In this document: positions 34,882 to 44,281 of the stretch, piece by piece | How the letters are laid out: every line of letters begins with the position of its first letter | How positions within the stretch are numbered: position 1 is the first letter of the stretch | The notes under the pieces: model-generated | Seen by the model: the letters and a program-made list of their open reading frames with translations, nothing else | Told to the model about the DNA's origin: nothing | Databases searched by the model: none | DNA from: Paenisporosarcina sp. | GTDB lineage: Bacteria > Bacillota > Bacilli > Bacillales_A > Planococcaceae | Assembly (NCBI GenBank): GCA_041576455.1 | Contig: JBFGKX010000001.1 | Span: forward strand, 1 to 51,565 | DNA: 51,565 bases | Direction: 5' to 3' | Program-made: the position numbers and the translations under genes

Positions 34882-36120
34882 GTGTTACAAAAAAGAACAA
34901 GTCAAAATGGTGTACGTATTGTTTTCGAACATATTCCGCATGTCCGCTCAGTTGCAGTAGGTGTATGGGTGCATGTAGGTTCGAGGAATGAAACTCAAAA
35001 AGAACATGGTTTAACACATTTCATTGAACATATGCTTTTTAAAGGGACAGCAACTCGCTCTGCTCGACAAATTGCAGAAGAATTTGATCGTATTGGCGGT
35101 TATGTCAATGCTTTCACATCTAAAGAACAAACTTGCTACTATGCAAAAGTATTAGATCATCATGCGAAGCATGCCATTTCGGTGTTAGCAGATATGTTCT
35201 TTCACTCTCAATTTGATGAACAAGAACTTGAAAAAGAACGTCAAGTCGTGCTAGAAGAAATATCGATGGTTGAAGACACACCAGATGATGATGTTCATGA
35301 ACAACTATGGAACGTGATGTATCCAAATCAACCTCTTGGCGCATCCATTTTAGGAACGAAATCATCTCTTGAAACGTTTAATAAAGATTCAATTCTACAA
35401 TTTATGGACCATCACTATCGCCCTGAACATATTGTTATTTCCGTTGCAGGCAATATTCCAGAAGGCCTAATTGACTATATCGACTCACTGTTTGGCCAAT
35501 TTACAACTAGTTCAGTAGCGCCACAACGTAATTTGATGGATACACCAGTTTTCAACTCGGGTCAGTCACATAAGACGCGCGATACTGAACAAGGTCACTT
35601 ATGTCTAGGTTATCCAGGCTTGGGAATAAAAGATAAACATATTTATGATTTAGTGGTCCTCAATAATATTTTAGGGGGCAATATGTCCTCTCGACTTTTC
35701 CAAGAAGTTCGTGAAGAAAAGGCATTGGCCTATTCTATCTTTTCTTACCATTCCTCTAATGAAGATTCAGGGTCGCTTGTGATATATGGTGGCACTTCAC
35801 ACAATCAACTACAAAAGTTACAAGATACCATTCATGAAACCATTCAAAAAGTAGTTGAGGATGGGGTAACAGATACTGAAGTGAACAATGCAAAAGAGCA
35901 ATTAAAAGGGAACTTAATGCTCGGGTTAGAAAGTACGAATGCACGAATGAATCGAAATGGGAAAAATGAATTAATCTTTAATGAACATAAAACGTATGAT
36001 GAAGTATTACATTCAATTGATGAAGTGCATATTCATCAGGTTCAAAAACTTGTAACCGATATATTCACGCATCAACCAGCAATATCAATCATTACGCCTA
36101 CTAAAGACAATCCACAGTGA
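34882..36120 (+). CDS. mlpA: M16 family zinc peptidase (MlpA/YmxG-like)
   Basis: Inverted zinc motif HFIEHMLFKG, NAFTSKE, SSRLFQEVRE...LAYS; GTG start; syntenic. Confidence 0.9.
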   Translation: MLQKRTSQNGVRIVFEHIPHVRSVAVGVWVHVGSRNETQKEHGLTHFIEHMLFKGTATRSARQIAEEFDRIGGYVNAFTSKEQTCYYAKVLDHHAKHAISVLADMFFHSQFDEQELEKERQVVLEEISMVEDTPDDDVHEQLWNVMYPNQPLGASILGTKSSLETFNKDSILQFMDHHYRPEHIVISVAGNIPEGLIDYIDSLFGQFTTSSVAPQRNLMDTPVFNSGQSHKTRDTEQGHLCLGYPGLGIKDKHIYDLVVLNNILGGNMSSRLFQEVREEKALAYSIFSYHSSNEDSGSLVIYGGTSHNQLQKLQDTIHETIQKVVEDGVTDTEVNNAKEQLKGNLMLGLESTNARMNRNGKNELIFNEHKTYDEVLHSIDEVHIHQVQKLVTDIFTHQPAISIITPTKDNPQ

Positions 36121-36135
36121 TTGTCTTTTTATTTT
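36103..36135 (+). terminator. Terminator overlapping the mlpA stop codon
   Basis: AAAGACAATC-cacagt-GATTGTCTTTTT. Confidence 0.7.
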
Positions 36136-36136
36136 G

Positions 36137-36164
36137 AACATGTTTTTCTCTCTTTGCATATATT
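36137..36164 (+). promoter_or_regulatory. Mother-cell sporulation (sigmaK/sigmaE-like) promoter
   Basis: AACA (36137-36140), 16 bp, CATATATT (36157-36164); fits the sigmaK pattern AC-N16/17-CATAnnnT. Confidence 0.55.
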
Positions 36165-36193
36165 TAAAAAGATGAATATGGAGGAGGAGTCTT

Positions 36194-36463
36194 ATGTTGT
36201 TATCAGAAATGGCAGCCAAAGAGTTAATTCAAATTGAAGATGGTAAACGGTTTGGATTGCTAGCTGATACAGAATTACTTTTTGAACCTGCAAGTGGTAA
36301 AATCATTGGATTTCAAATACTAAAAGAATATGGTACTAGACCTTTTAAGTCAAAATCATCACATCAAAACGTCTATATTGCCTGGGAAGATATCATTCTA
36401 ATTGGTGAACATCGAATTCTTTTTACGAAAACATCTCACTTACATGCGGAACAAACCATATGA
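36194..36463 (+). CDS. ymxH: YlmC/YmxH family sporulation PRC-barrel protein
   Basis: MLLSE...KE.I...DG.R.G...D, I.W.DI..IG; SD GGAGGAGG; syntenic. Confidence 0.88.
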   Translation: MLLSEMAAKELIQIEDGKRFGLLADTELLFEPASGKIIGFQILKEYGTRPFKSKSSHQNVYIAWEDIILIGEHRILFTKTSHLHAEQTI

Positions 36464-37260
36464 AAAATTTTAAGTGGTGTGTTATTGGAATAGATCCACG
36501 AATGGAAAAACTTTCTATCCTACTAAAGCGAGAAAATATTGACGTGTTATATTTAAAAACGAAAGCGTGGAGTTATCAAGTTGAAAGGGATATCTGTTCA
36601 TTTCAACCGGATATCATGGTCTTTCCAATACAACCTCTGGAAATTGTAACGGACAAAATTGAAATAGAATTATTCTCTTCCTTAACAAAATGTTTTGTCG
36701 GGAAATTATCTCCTGGTTGGGCAAATTTTTTTGACGGGTTAAGACTCGATGTTGAACCATACCTTGAAAATGAACAATTTATTTGGTTAAATGCGAAGTT
36801 AACTGCCGAAGGATTTATTGCGGCTTATTATTTAGAGGAACATGAAACAGTAGCAGGGAAACAATTTATGATTGCTGGATTCGGACGTGTTGCAAAATTA
36901 CTTGCTGCACAACTAAAACGAATGGATGCCCACCCGCTAATTGTTGTAAGATCTCCATTTCAAATAGCAGAAGCCCAAGCGATGGGATACGATACAAAAA
37001 AGTTAGAGTATGTGATTTCGTGTGAGCAATCAATATTTGTAAATACAATTCCTGCGAAATGGTTAACGGAAGACTATCAAATGCTGTTAACTTCATGCCA
37101 ACGATTTTACGATATCGCATCTGCTCCAGGTTGTTTAGCATTGGAGGGGAACTATTCAAATATCTATAGATTGCATACTTCATTACCAGGACAATTCCTA
37201 AAAGAGGATGCTGCCAAATTGCTTTTCACAAGTTTAACCGAGTCTGTAAAAAAAATATGA
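36460..37260 (+). CDS. dpaA: Dipicolinate synthase subunit A (divergent)
   Basis: VIG.D.R, N..LTAEG, GFGRVA, NTIPA, DIASAPG, LPG motifs; immediately upstream of dpaB. Confidence 0.8.
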   Translation: MKNFKWCVIGIDPRMEKLSILLKRENIDVLYLKTKAWSYQVERDICSFQPDIMVFPIQPLEIVTDKIEIELFSSLTKCFVGKLSPGWANFFDGLRLDVEPYLENEQFIWLNAKLTAEGFIAAYYLEEHETVAGKQFMIAGFGRVAKLLAAQLKRMDAHPLIVVRSPFQIAEAQAMGYDTKKLEYVISCEQSIFVNTIPAKWLTEDYQMLLTSCQRFYDIASAPGCLALEGNYSNIYRLHTSLPGQFLKEDAAKLLFTSLTESVKKI

Positions 37261-37271
37261 GGAGGAACGGT

Positions 37272-37856
37272 GTGTTAGAAGGTAAAAGAATTGGGTTAGG
37301 AATAACAGCCTCACATTGTACGTATGAAGAAGTAGTACCAAAAATTACACTGTTAAGAGAACAAGGAGCAACAGTGGTACCGATCGTTTCACATTCAGTA
37401 TTGGTTGCTGCGACAAGGTTTGGTACCGGAGATGAATGGGTGCGTAAAATTGAAGAAGCTGCGGGTGCAAAAGTAATTTCTACCATTGCAGAAGCTGAGC
37501 CACTAGGTCCAAAAGCACCGCTAGATTGTATGGTGATTGCGCCGATGACGGGCAATTCAATTAGCCGATTAGCAAATGCGGCAACTGATTCACCAGTTCT
37601 AATGGCCGCTAAAGCGACCATGCGAACTGGTCGCCCTGTAGTTCTCGGCATCTCTACAAATGATGCGCTAGGGTTAAATGGTGTAAATATCATGAAGTTA
37701 ATAAATGCCAAATATATCTATTTCATCCCTTTCGGACAGGATGATCCCTTTAAAAAGCCAAACTCCCTTATCTCCGACTTTAATTTAATCGTCCCTACGA
37801 TTGTTCAAGCAATGGCTCACCAACAACTTCAACCTCTTTTAATCCAACACAAATAA
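37272..37856 (+). CDS. dpaB: Dipicolinate synthase subunit B
   Basis: GITASHCT, TRFG, AEPLGP, APMTGN, STNDALG, PFGQDDP.KKPNS; SD GAGGAGG before GTG 37272. Confidence 0.96.
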   Translation: MLEGKRIGLGITASHCTYEEVVPKITLLREQGATVVPIVSHSVLVAATRFGTGDEWVRKIEEAAGAKVISTIAEAEPLGPKAPLDCMVIAPMTGNSISRLANAATDSPVLMAAKATMRTGRPVVLGISTNDALGLNGVNIMKLINAKYIYFIPFGQDDPFKKPNSLISDFNLIVPTIVQAMAHQQLQPLLIQHK

Positions 37857-37871
37857 TCCGATTAATTTTCA

Positions 37872-37900
37872 TGCACATTCACGCAAGAATATGATACAAT
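37872..37900 (+). promoter_or_regulatory. SigA-type promoter for asd-dapA
   Basis: Extended -10 TGaTACAAT (37892-37900) with weak -35 TGCACA. Confidence 0.55.
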
Positions 37901-37943
37901 ACCGACATTATGATGATTTAGTTGCTTAAAGGGAGTGAGTATT

Positions 37944-38984
37944 GTGGATAAAAGATACACAGTAGCTGTCGTCGGTGCCACCGGTGCAGTAGGAGAAAAA
38001 ATGATGGATCAACTGGAGAAAAGAAATTTTCCCATTCAAGAGATCAAGTTCTTAGCTTCAAAACGTTCAGTTGGGAAAAGTATAGAATTCAATGGACAGT
38101 CATATAAAATCGAAGAAGCAACTCCTGAAGCATTTGAAGGGGTAGATATTGCGTTGTTTAGTGCTGGGGGTTCTGTTTCCAAGGTTTTAGCACCCGAAGC
38201 CGCAAAACGTGGTGCAGTCGTTATTGATAATACGAGTGCCTTTCGTATGGATGAAAATATCCCGCTGGTTGTTCCAGAGGTGAACCGACAAGACCTGAAA
38301 TTACATTCAGGCATTATTGCAAATCCTAATTGCTCAACGATTCAAATGGTTTGTGCTCTACAACCCATTAAAGAAGCATTTGGACTAAATAACGTGATTG
38401 TTTCAACGTATCAAGCAGTATCAGGTGCAGGTGCAGTTGCGGTTAATGAGTTACAAGCGCAAACTCAAACCTTTGGAGAGACAAAAACTGCCAAAGCCAG
38501 CGTCTTACCTGTTAAAAGTGGTCAAACACATTACCCAATTGCATTTAATGCAATTCCACAAATTGATACATTCGATGATAATGGCTTTACGTTAGAAGAA
38601 ATGAAAATGATTAATGAGACAAAGAAAATTATGCATATGCCAAATCTTTCCGTTGCGGCAACATGCGTTCGATTACCTGTCGTATCCGGACATTCTGAAT
38701 CTGTCTATATTGAAGTAGAAAAAGAAGGTCTGAGCGTATCAGATATTCGCTCCATTTTGGAATCGGCAAAAGGTATCAAAGTTTTAGATAACCCAGCAAC
38801 ACAAGAATATCCAATGCCTCTATTTGCTGAAGGACAAGATGAAGTTTTTGTGGGTCGTATTCGAAAAGATTTATCGAATGATAAAGGGTTCCATATGTGG
38901 ATTGTTGCAGACAATTTATTAAAAGGGGCAGCACTTAACTCCATTCAAATTGCAGAAGCAATGATTGAAGATGGGCTCATTTAA
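37944..38984 (+). CDS. asd: Aspartate-semialdehyde dehydrogenase
   Basis: VVGATGAVG, IANPNCSTIQ, STYQAVSGAG, CVRLPVVSGHSE, DNLLKGAALN. GTG 37944 is best spaced from SD GGGAG; 37935 is an alternative start. Confidence 0.98.
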   Translation: MDKRYTVAVVGATGAVGEKMMDQLEKRNFPIQEIKFLASKRSVGKSIEFNGQSYKIEEATPEAFEGVDIALFSAGGSVSKVLAPEAAKRGAVVIDNTSAFRMDENIPLVVPEVNRQDLKLHSGIIANPNCSTIQMVCALQPIKEAFGLNNVIVSTYQAVSGAGAVAVNELQAQTQTFGETKTAKASVLPVKSGQTHYPIAFNAIPQIDTFDDNGFTLEEMKMINETKKIMHMPNLSVAATCVRLPVVSGHSESVYIEVEKEGLSVSDIRSILESAKGIKVLDNPATQEYPMPLFAEGQDEVFVGRIRKDLSNDKGFHMWIVADNLLKGAALNSIQIAEAMIEDGLI

Positions 38985-38998
38985 AAGGGGAGATTTTT

Positions 38999-39892
38999 AT
39001 GAATATAGGACGCGTATCTACAGCAATGGTCACACCATTTTTACCCGACGGCACCATTCATTTTGAAATGGTTGCAAAATTAATTGAACATTTAATTGCA
39101 ACGGGTACTGATTCTATCGTAGTGTGTGGCACTACAGGGGAATCGCCTACTTTAACCAATCAAGAGAAAGCTGACCTCATTCGTTTTACTGTTGAGTCGG
39201 TTAATGGACGTGTGTCTGTCATTGCAGGGACAGGAAGTAACAATACGGCTGCTTCCATCGAATTAACTAAACTTGCTGAACAAGCAGGTGTAGACGGCAT
39301 TATGCTAGTTACTCCGTATTACAATAAACCGGATCAAAACGGAATGCTTGCTCATTTTAAAGCAATTGCGAATAAAACAGATTTACCTGTTTTGCTATAC
39401 AACATTCCTGGAAGATCTGTTGTAAATATGTTACCTGAAACTGTTTTAGAATTAAGTAAAGTAGAAAATATTAAGGCGATAAAAGAAGCAAGTGGTAATT
39501 TAGAACAAATGACCGACATTTTATCAATAACTGCTGAAGACTTTGAGGTTTATAGTGGGGATGATGGGTTAACTTTACCGTTACTTGCAATTGGCGGATC
39601 TGGCATCATCTCGGTTGCATCGCATATTGTTGGAACGGATATCCAAAAAATGATTCGTGCTTTTGAAGCGGGTCAACATGCTGAGGCTGCAAAAATCCAT
39701 CAAGCCTTACTCCCATTAATCCGTGCTTTATTTGCAAAACCTAACCCAGTCCCAGTGAAATATGCATTAACCAAATTAGGTCTGGATACGGGCTCAGTAC
39801 GGCTTCCTCTAATTGGTATGACGAATGATGAACAACAAATTTTCGATCAAATTTGGGCAGAATATCTTGAAAAACAAAAAAGCTTTACATGA
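38999..39892 (+). CDS. dapA: 4-hydroxy-tetrahydrodipicolinate synthase
   Basis: GTTGESPTL, PYYNKP, LYNIPGR, Schiff-base IKEAS, YSGDD, PNPVPVK. Confidence 0.98.
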   Translation: MNIGRVSTAMVTPFLPDGTIHFEMVAKLIEHLIATGTDSIVVCGTTGESPTLTNQEKADLIRFTVESVNGRVSVIAGTGSNNTAASIELTKLAEQAGVDGIMLVTPYYNKPDQNGMLAHFKAIANKTDLPVLLYNIPGRSVVNMLPETVLELSKVENIKAIKEASGNLEQMTDILSITAEDFEVYSGDDGLTLPLLAIGGSGIISVASHIVGTDIQKMIRAFEAGQHAEAAKIHQALLPLIRALFAKPNPVPVKYALTKLGLDTGSVRLPLIGMTNDEQQIFDQIWAEYLEKQKSFT

Positions 39893-39897
39893 ATTTT

Positions 39898-39927
39898 AAA
39901 AGGTCAGTATGAAACTGGCCTTTTTTT
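39898..39927 (+). terminator. Intrinsic terminator after dapA
   Basis: AAAAGGTCAGT...ACTGGCCTTTTTTT. Confidence 0.85.
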
Positions 39928-39929
39928 GT

Positions 39930-39958
39930 TTGTACTGTTGTGATACGTCCCGTATAAT
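39930..39958 (+). promoter_or_regulatory. SigA promoter for rnjB
   Basis: TTGTAC, 17 bp, TATAAT. Confidence 0.75.
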
Positions 39959-40004
39959 GATTAGTAGTGGATGTTGATCGGGTATATTTTTAGGAGGAAA
40001 GCAC

Positions 40005-41672
40005 GTGACAAAAATTAAAAATGAAAACATACGAATTATCCCGCTCGGAGGAGTAGGGGAAATCGGCAAAGCAATGTATGTCGTAGAAATTGATGAAGAA
40101 ATCTTTGTTGTCGACAGTGGACTAATGTTCCCAGAAGATGAAATGCTTGGAATTGATATTGTTATTCCTGATGTAACTTACTTAGAAGAAAATAAAGCAC
40201 GAGTAAAAGGAATCTTTCTGACACACGGTCATGAAGATGCAATTGGCTCAATTTCATACTTATTAAATAAAATTCATGCTCCGGTATATGGATCACGTTT
40301 AACGATTGCTCTAGCAAAAGAGCACCTCAAGGACTTACCAGCAGCTCAACCTGTGAAATTCTTTGAAGTTACAAACAGAAGTCGTATGAACTTTAAATCG
40401 ACTCATGTAACATTTTTCCACACAACACACAGTATTCCAGATTCATTAGGCATTGTATTCCATACTTCTGAAGGAGCAATTGTCCATACTGGAGAATTTA
40501 AATTCGATCAATCTGCTAAAGGGAGCTATCGTCCAGATATCGCTAAAATGGCTGGCCTTGGTGAAGAAGGGGTATTTATTTTAATGTCGGACTCGACAGA
40601 AGCAGAACGCCCGGGTTATACCACTTCTGAATCAGTGATTGAAGAACAATTGTCTGAAACATTCCACGGTGCAAAAGGACGCATTCTAGTATCGGTTTAT
40701 TCATCAAACTTTATTCGGATTCAACAAGTATTTGATACAGCAATTGAATCTCGTCGCAAAGTTGCGGTTGTTGGTAAAACATTGGAAAATGTTTTTGAAA
40801 TTGGGAAACGTTTAGAGTACTTGAAAATCAATGATGATACGTTAATTTCAATAAAAGATATTGGGAACTATGCAGATGATGAAGTAGTCATTATTGTTTC
40901 AGGTAATCAAGGTGAACCATTAGAAGCGTTAGAGAAAATGGTTAGAAAACACCATCGTGATGTCAAAATAAAAGAATCAGATACCGTACTAATCACATTC
41001 ACACCATCACCTGGGATGGAAGTGACCATGTATAAAACCATGAACCAATTAGCTAAAGCTGGTACTAAAGTGTTAACAGCTAGTAAAAAAGTGCATGTCT
41101 CTGGGCACGGTAGTCAAGAAGACTTAAAAATGATGTTAAATTTAATGAAGCCTAAATACTTTATTCCGATACAAGGGGAATACCGTATGCTGATGGCTCA
41201 CTCAAAACTCGCACAATCTACTGGTTTATCAAAAGCCCAAATATTCATTGCAGATAAAGGTGACATTGTAGAGTATAAGAGTGGGAAAATGCGTATGAGT
41301 GGTCGAGTACAAGCTGGGAATGTCCTCATTGATGGTATTGGCATCGGAGATGTAGGAAACATCGTATTGCGTGATCGTAAACTTTTGTCACAAGATGGTA
41401 TATTCATTGTTGTCATTACGTTAAATCGTGCACAAAAGAAAATTGCCTCTGGTCCAGAAATTTTATCAAGAGGATTTGTCTATGTACGTGAGTCTGAACA
41501 ATTGATGGACGAGTCTACAGAACTTGTGAAAAAGATTGTTGAAAAGTATGTAAGCAAAGAAACTTTCGAATGGACAAATATCAAGCAAGAAATTCGTGAT
41601 ACATTAAATTCTTATTTATATCAAAAGACAAAACGACGTCCGATGATAATTCCAATTATCATGGAATATTAA
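40005..41672 (+). CDS. rnjB: Ribonuclease J2
   Basis: 555 aa beta-CASP protein with GGVGEIGK, HGHEDAIG, HSIPD, HVSGH, QGEYRM (degenerate J2-type motifs); position after dapA. Confidence 0.92.
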   Translation: MTKIKNENIRIIPLGGVGEIGKAMYVVEIDEEIFVVDSGLMFPEDEMLGIDIVIPDVTYLEENKARVKGIFLTHGHEDAIGSISYLLNKIHAPVYGSRLTIALAKEHLKDLPAAQPVKFFEVTNRSRMNFKSTHVTFFHTTHSIPDSLGIVFHTSEGAIVHTGEFKFDQSAKGSYRPDIAKMAGLGEEGVFILMSDSTEAERPGYTTSESVIEEQLSETFHGAKGRILVSVYSSNFIRIQQVFDTAIESRRKVAVVGKTLENVFEIGKRLEYLKINDDTLISIKDIGNYADDEVVIIVSGNQGEPLEALEKMVRKHHRDVKIKESDTVLITFTPSPGMEVTMYKTMNQLAKAGTKVLTASKKVHVSGHGSQEDLKMMLNLMKPKYFIPIQGEYRMLMAHSKLAQSTGLSKAQIFIADKGDIVEYKSGKMRMSGRVQAGNVLIDGIGIGDVGNIVLRDRKLLSQDGIFIVVITLNRAQKKIASGPEILSRGFVYVRESEQLMDESTELVKKIVEKYVSKETFEWTNIKQEIRDTLNSYLYQKTKRRPMIIPIIMEY

Positions 41673-41684
41673 GGTAAAAAAGCG

Positions 41685-41730
41685 GAAGGGTTTCCTCGCC
41701 ATATGTACCGGCGGGAAATCCTTTTTCTTT
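41685..41730 (+). terminator. Intrinsic terminator after rnjB
   Basis: GAAGGGTTTCCTCGCC...GGCGGGAAATCCTTTTT. Confidence 0.7.
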
Positions 41731-41753
41731 CATAAGGAAAGAAGGTGACAGAG

Positions 41754-44099
41754 TTGGCAAAAAAAAAGAAAAAAGTGATTAAAAAACCAAAACCGAAAAC
41801 TACACATCCACTTGTGTATGAAATTTTAGGTCTATTATTAATTGGACTGGGCATTATCATTTATTTTGAATTAGGATCGGTTGGTTTTGCATTGTCGTCT
41901 GTTGCTCGCTTCTTCTTTGGAGATTTTCACAAAGCAGTCCCATTCTTAAGTATTGTAGTTGCACTAATGATGATGATTAACCGATCCCTTCCTGGTTTGA
42001 AAAATCGAATCATGTTAGGTTTTCTTAGTATTCTTGCAAGCATGACAGTCTTTAGTCATTTATTTTTGTTTGAACGATTATTTCAAGGTGGAGCACTAGT
42101 CAGTGATTCAGTTTTGCTTGAAACATGGCGCATATTAATTGAAAGTAATGGAATTTATAGCCGAGAGCAGTCTTTAGGTGGTGGGATGATGGGGGCATTT
42201 TTGTTTGCTACATTTCACGTTTTATTTGATTCGGGAGGATCGAAAATTGCCGCTGGCTTGCTCTTTATTATTGGCATGATTTTACTTACGGGAAAAGCAC
42301 TTGTACCTATTCTTGTAAACCAATTTCATCATTTGGGTAAAAAGTGGGGCAATGGATTCGTTCAAATGAAAAAAACCAAAACTTCTGCGGTCCCTAAAAC
42401 GACTAGAAGAAGTGAAAAGCGGAAAAAATCCGCTCAATCAGCTGCAGCAACACAAGAAATTGAAGTTGCGACAACTCTCAATGAACCAGAGCAAGAGCAT
42501 TCTTCACCAATTATTTCTGCTTTTACAGAAAGAGCTGATAAAATAGTAGAAATAGAAGCTGAATCGCAATCAATCATAAAACCTGAATCGGAACCTGTAC
42601 AAAAACCAAAAATGGATTCATCAGGTGAAATAAGTGAAAAAACATTTGATTCAGTATCAGAAGTAGTGCTTGAAAATAAAGATTATCAACTTCCAACGTT
42701 AACTTTATTAAATGCGCCACCTTATAGTGATCAAAGCGGAGAATATTCTTTAATCCAAGCAAATGCGAAAAAATTAGAAAAGACTTTTCACAGCTTCGGT
42801 GTTAAAGCTCGAGTAACACAAGTACATTTAGGTCCTGCTGTAACAAAATATGAAGTTTTACCTGATACTGGGGTTAAAGTTAGTAAAATTGTCAGCCTTA
42901 GCGATGATTTAGCATTAGCTCTAGCAGCAAGAGATATTCGGATTGAAGCGCCAATACCAGGTAAATCAGCGATAGGCATAGAAGTTCCAAACCAAGAAGT
43001 TGCGATTGTTAGCTTACGAGAAGTACTCGAAGCAAAAGAAAATAATAAACCGAATGCCAAATTAATGATTGGGCTTGGTCGAGATATTACAGGGGAAGCC
43101 GTTTTAGCTGAGTTAAATAAAATGCCGCACTTATTAGTTGCTGGTTCAACGGGTAGTGGGAAGAGTGTCTGTATTAATGGAATAATTGTCAGTATCATTA
43201 TGCGAGCAAAACCACACGAAGTAAAAATGATGATGATTGACCCGAAAATGGTGGAATTAAATGTATACAATGGAATCCCACATTTATTAGCACCGGTTGT
43301 AACTGATCCGAGAAAAGCATCGCAAGCTCTTAAAAAAGTGGTTTCCGAAATGGAACGAAGATATGATTTATTTTCTCATACTGGGACTCGAAATATTGAA
43401 GGGTATAATGATCACATTCAAAATTGGAATGAAGAAAATGAAGAGAAACACCCTAAACTTCCATACATCGTCGTTATTGTAGATGAATTAGCCGATTTAA
43501 TGATGGTGGCATCTAATGATGTAGAAGATTCAATCACTCGGTTAGCACAAATGGCGCGTGCAGCAGGAATTCACTTGATTATTGCGACCCAAAGACCTAG
43601 TGTCGATGTGATTACAGGGGTCATTAAAGCTAATATTCCATCAAGAATTGCATTTGCAGTATCCTCTTCAATCGACTCACGTACGATATTAGATATGGGT
43701 GGAGCAGAAAAATTATTGGGTAGAGGAGATATGTTATTTTTAGCAGCGGGTGCTTCCAAACCAGTTCGTGTTCAAGGAGCCTTTTTATCCGATCAAGAAG
43801 TCGAAAAAGTAGTAGACTTTGCTATTGAACAACAAAAAGCTCAATACCAAGATGATATGATTCCAACTGAAGTTGAAGAAGTTTCAACAGATGAACAAAC
43901 AGATGATATTTATGATGATGCGGTACAGCTAGTCACTGAAATGCAAACGGCATCAGTCTCACTCTTACAGAGGAGATTCCGTATAGGTTATTCTCGAGCT
44001 GCGCGAATTATCGATCAAATGGAAATGCGTGGTGTTGTTGGAGCTTATGAAGGTAGTAAGCCAAGGCAAGTGCTCCAGAGTAAACAAGAAGATATTTGA
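41754..44099 (+). CDS. ftsK: DNA translocase FtsK/SpoIIIE
   Basis: N-terminal TM segments, GPAVTKYE, Walker [30 protein letters not shown], gamma domain [13 protein letters not shown]; TTG 41754 after SD AAGGTG. Confidence 0.97.
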   Translation: MAKKKKKVIKKPKPKTTHPLVYEILGLLLIGLGIIIYFELGSVGFALSSVARFFFGDFHKAVPFLSIVVALMMMINRSLPGLKNRIMLGFLSILASMTVFSHLFLFERLFQGGALVSDSVLLETWRILIESNGIYSREQSLGGGMMGAFLFATFHVLFDSGGSKIAAGLLFIIGMILLTGKALVPILVNQFHHLGKKWGNGFVQMKKTKTSAVPKTTRRSEKRKKSAQSAAATQEIEVATTLNEPEQEHSSPIISAFTERADKIVEIEAESQSIIKPESEPVQKPKMDSSGEISEKTFDSVSEVVLENKDYQLPTLTLLNAPPYSDQSGEYSLIQANAKKLEKTFHSFGVKARVTQVHLGPAVTKYEVLPDTGVKVSKIVSLSDDLALALAARDIRIEAPIPGKSAIGIEVPNQEVAIVSLREVLEAKENNKPNAKLMIGLGRDITGEAVLAELNKMPHLLVAGSTGSGKSVCINGIIVSIIMRAKPHEVKMMMIDPKMVELNVYNGIPHLLAPVVTDPRKASQALKKVVSEMERRYDLFSHTGTRNIEGYNDHIQNWNEENEEKHPKLPYIVVIVDELADLMMVASNDVEDSITRLAQMARAAGIHLIIATQRPSVDVITGVIKANIPSRIAFAVSSSIDSRTILDMGGAEKLLGRGDMLFLAAGASKPVRVQGAFLSDQEVEKVVDFAIEQQKAQYQDDMIPTEVEEVSTDEQTDDIYDDAVQLVTEMQTASVSLLQRRFRIGYSRAARIIDQMEMRGVVGAYEGSKPRQVLQSKQEDI

Positions 44100-44209
44100 T
44101 AATAAAGGTAAATATTACAAGAGTATTTCAAGTGTATTACAGAAATGTTAAGAGTTTTACGAATCTTTATGTTTTTCGCTAAAAATCTATTTATTTAAAC
44201 AAATAAAAG

Positions 44210-44260
44210 TGGTATAGTATGTCTGATTAGTAGGAAAGTTTTACATCAGATGTCCGATCT
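44210..44260 (+). promoter_or_regulatory. Extended -10 promoter and candidate GntR operator
   Basis: TGgTATAGT (44210-44218), followed by ATGTCTGAT (44219-44227), palindrome ACATCAGATGT (44243-44253) and ATGTCCGAT (44250-44258). Confidence 0.5.
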
Positions 44261-44281
44261 CTACTGTTGGTGGTGGTTCTT

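Noticed and set aside
41759-41774. A9 tract at the start of ftsK as a phase-variation or frameshift site
   Set aside because: It encodes the Lys-rich N-terminus typical of SpoIIIE and the frame is intact.
44100-44200. Possible CodY boxes upstream of the GntR-ABC operon
   Set aside because: The best matches I found have five or more mismatches.
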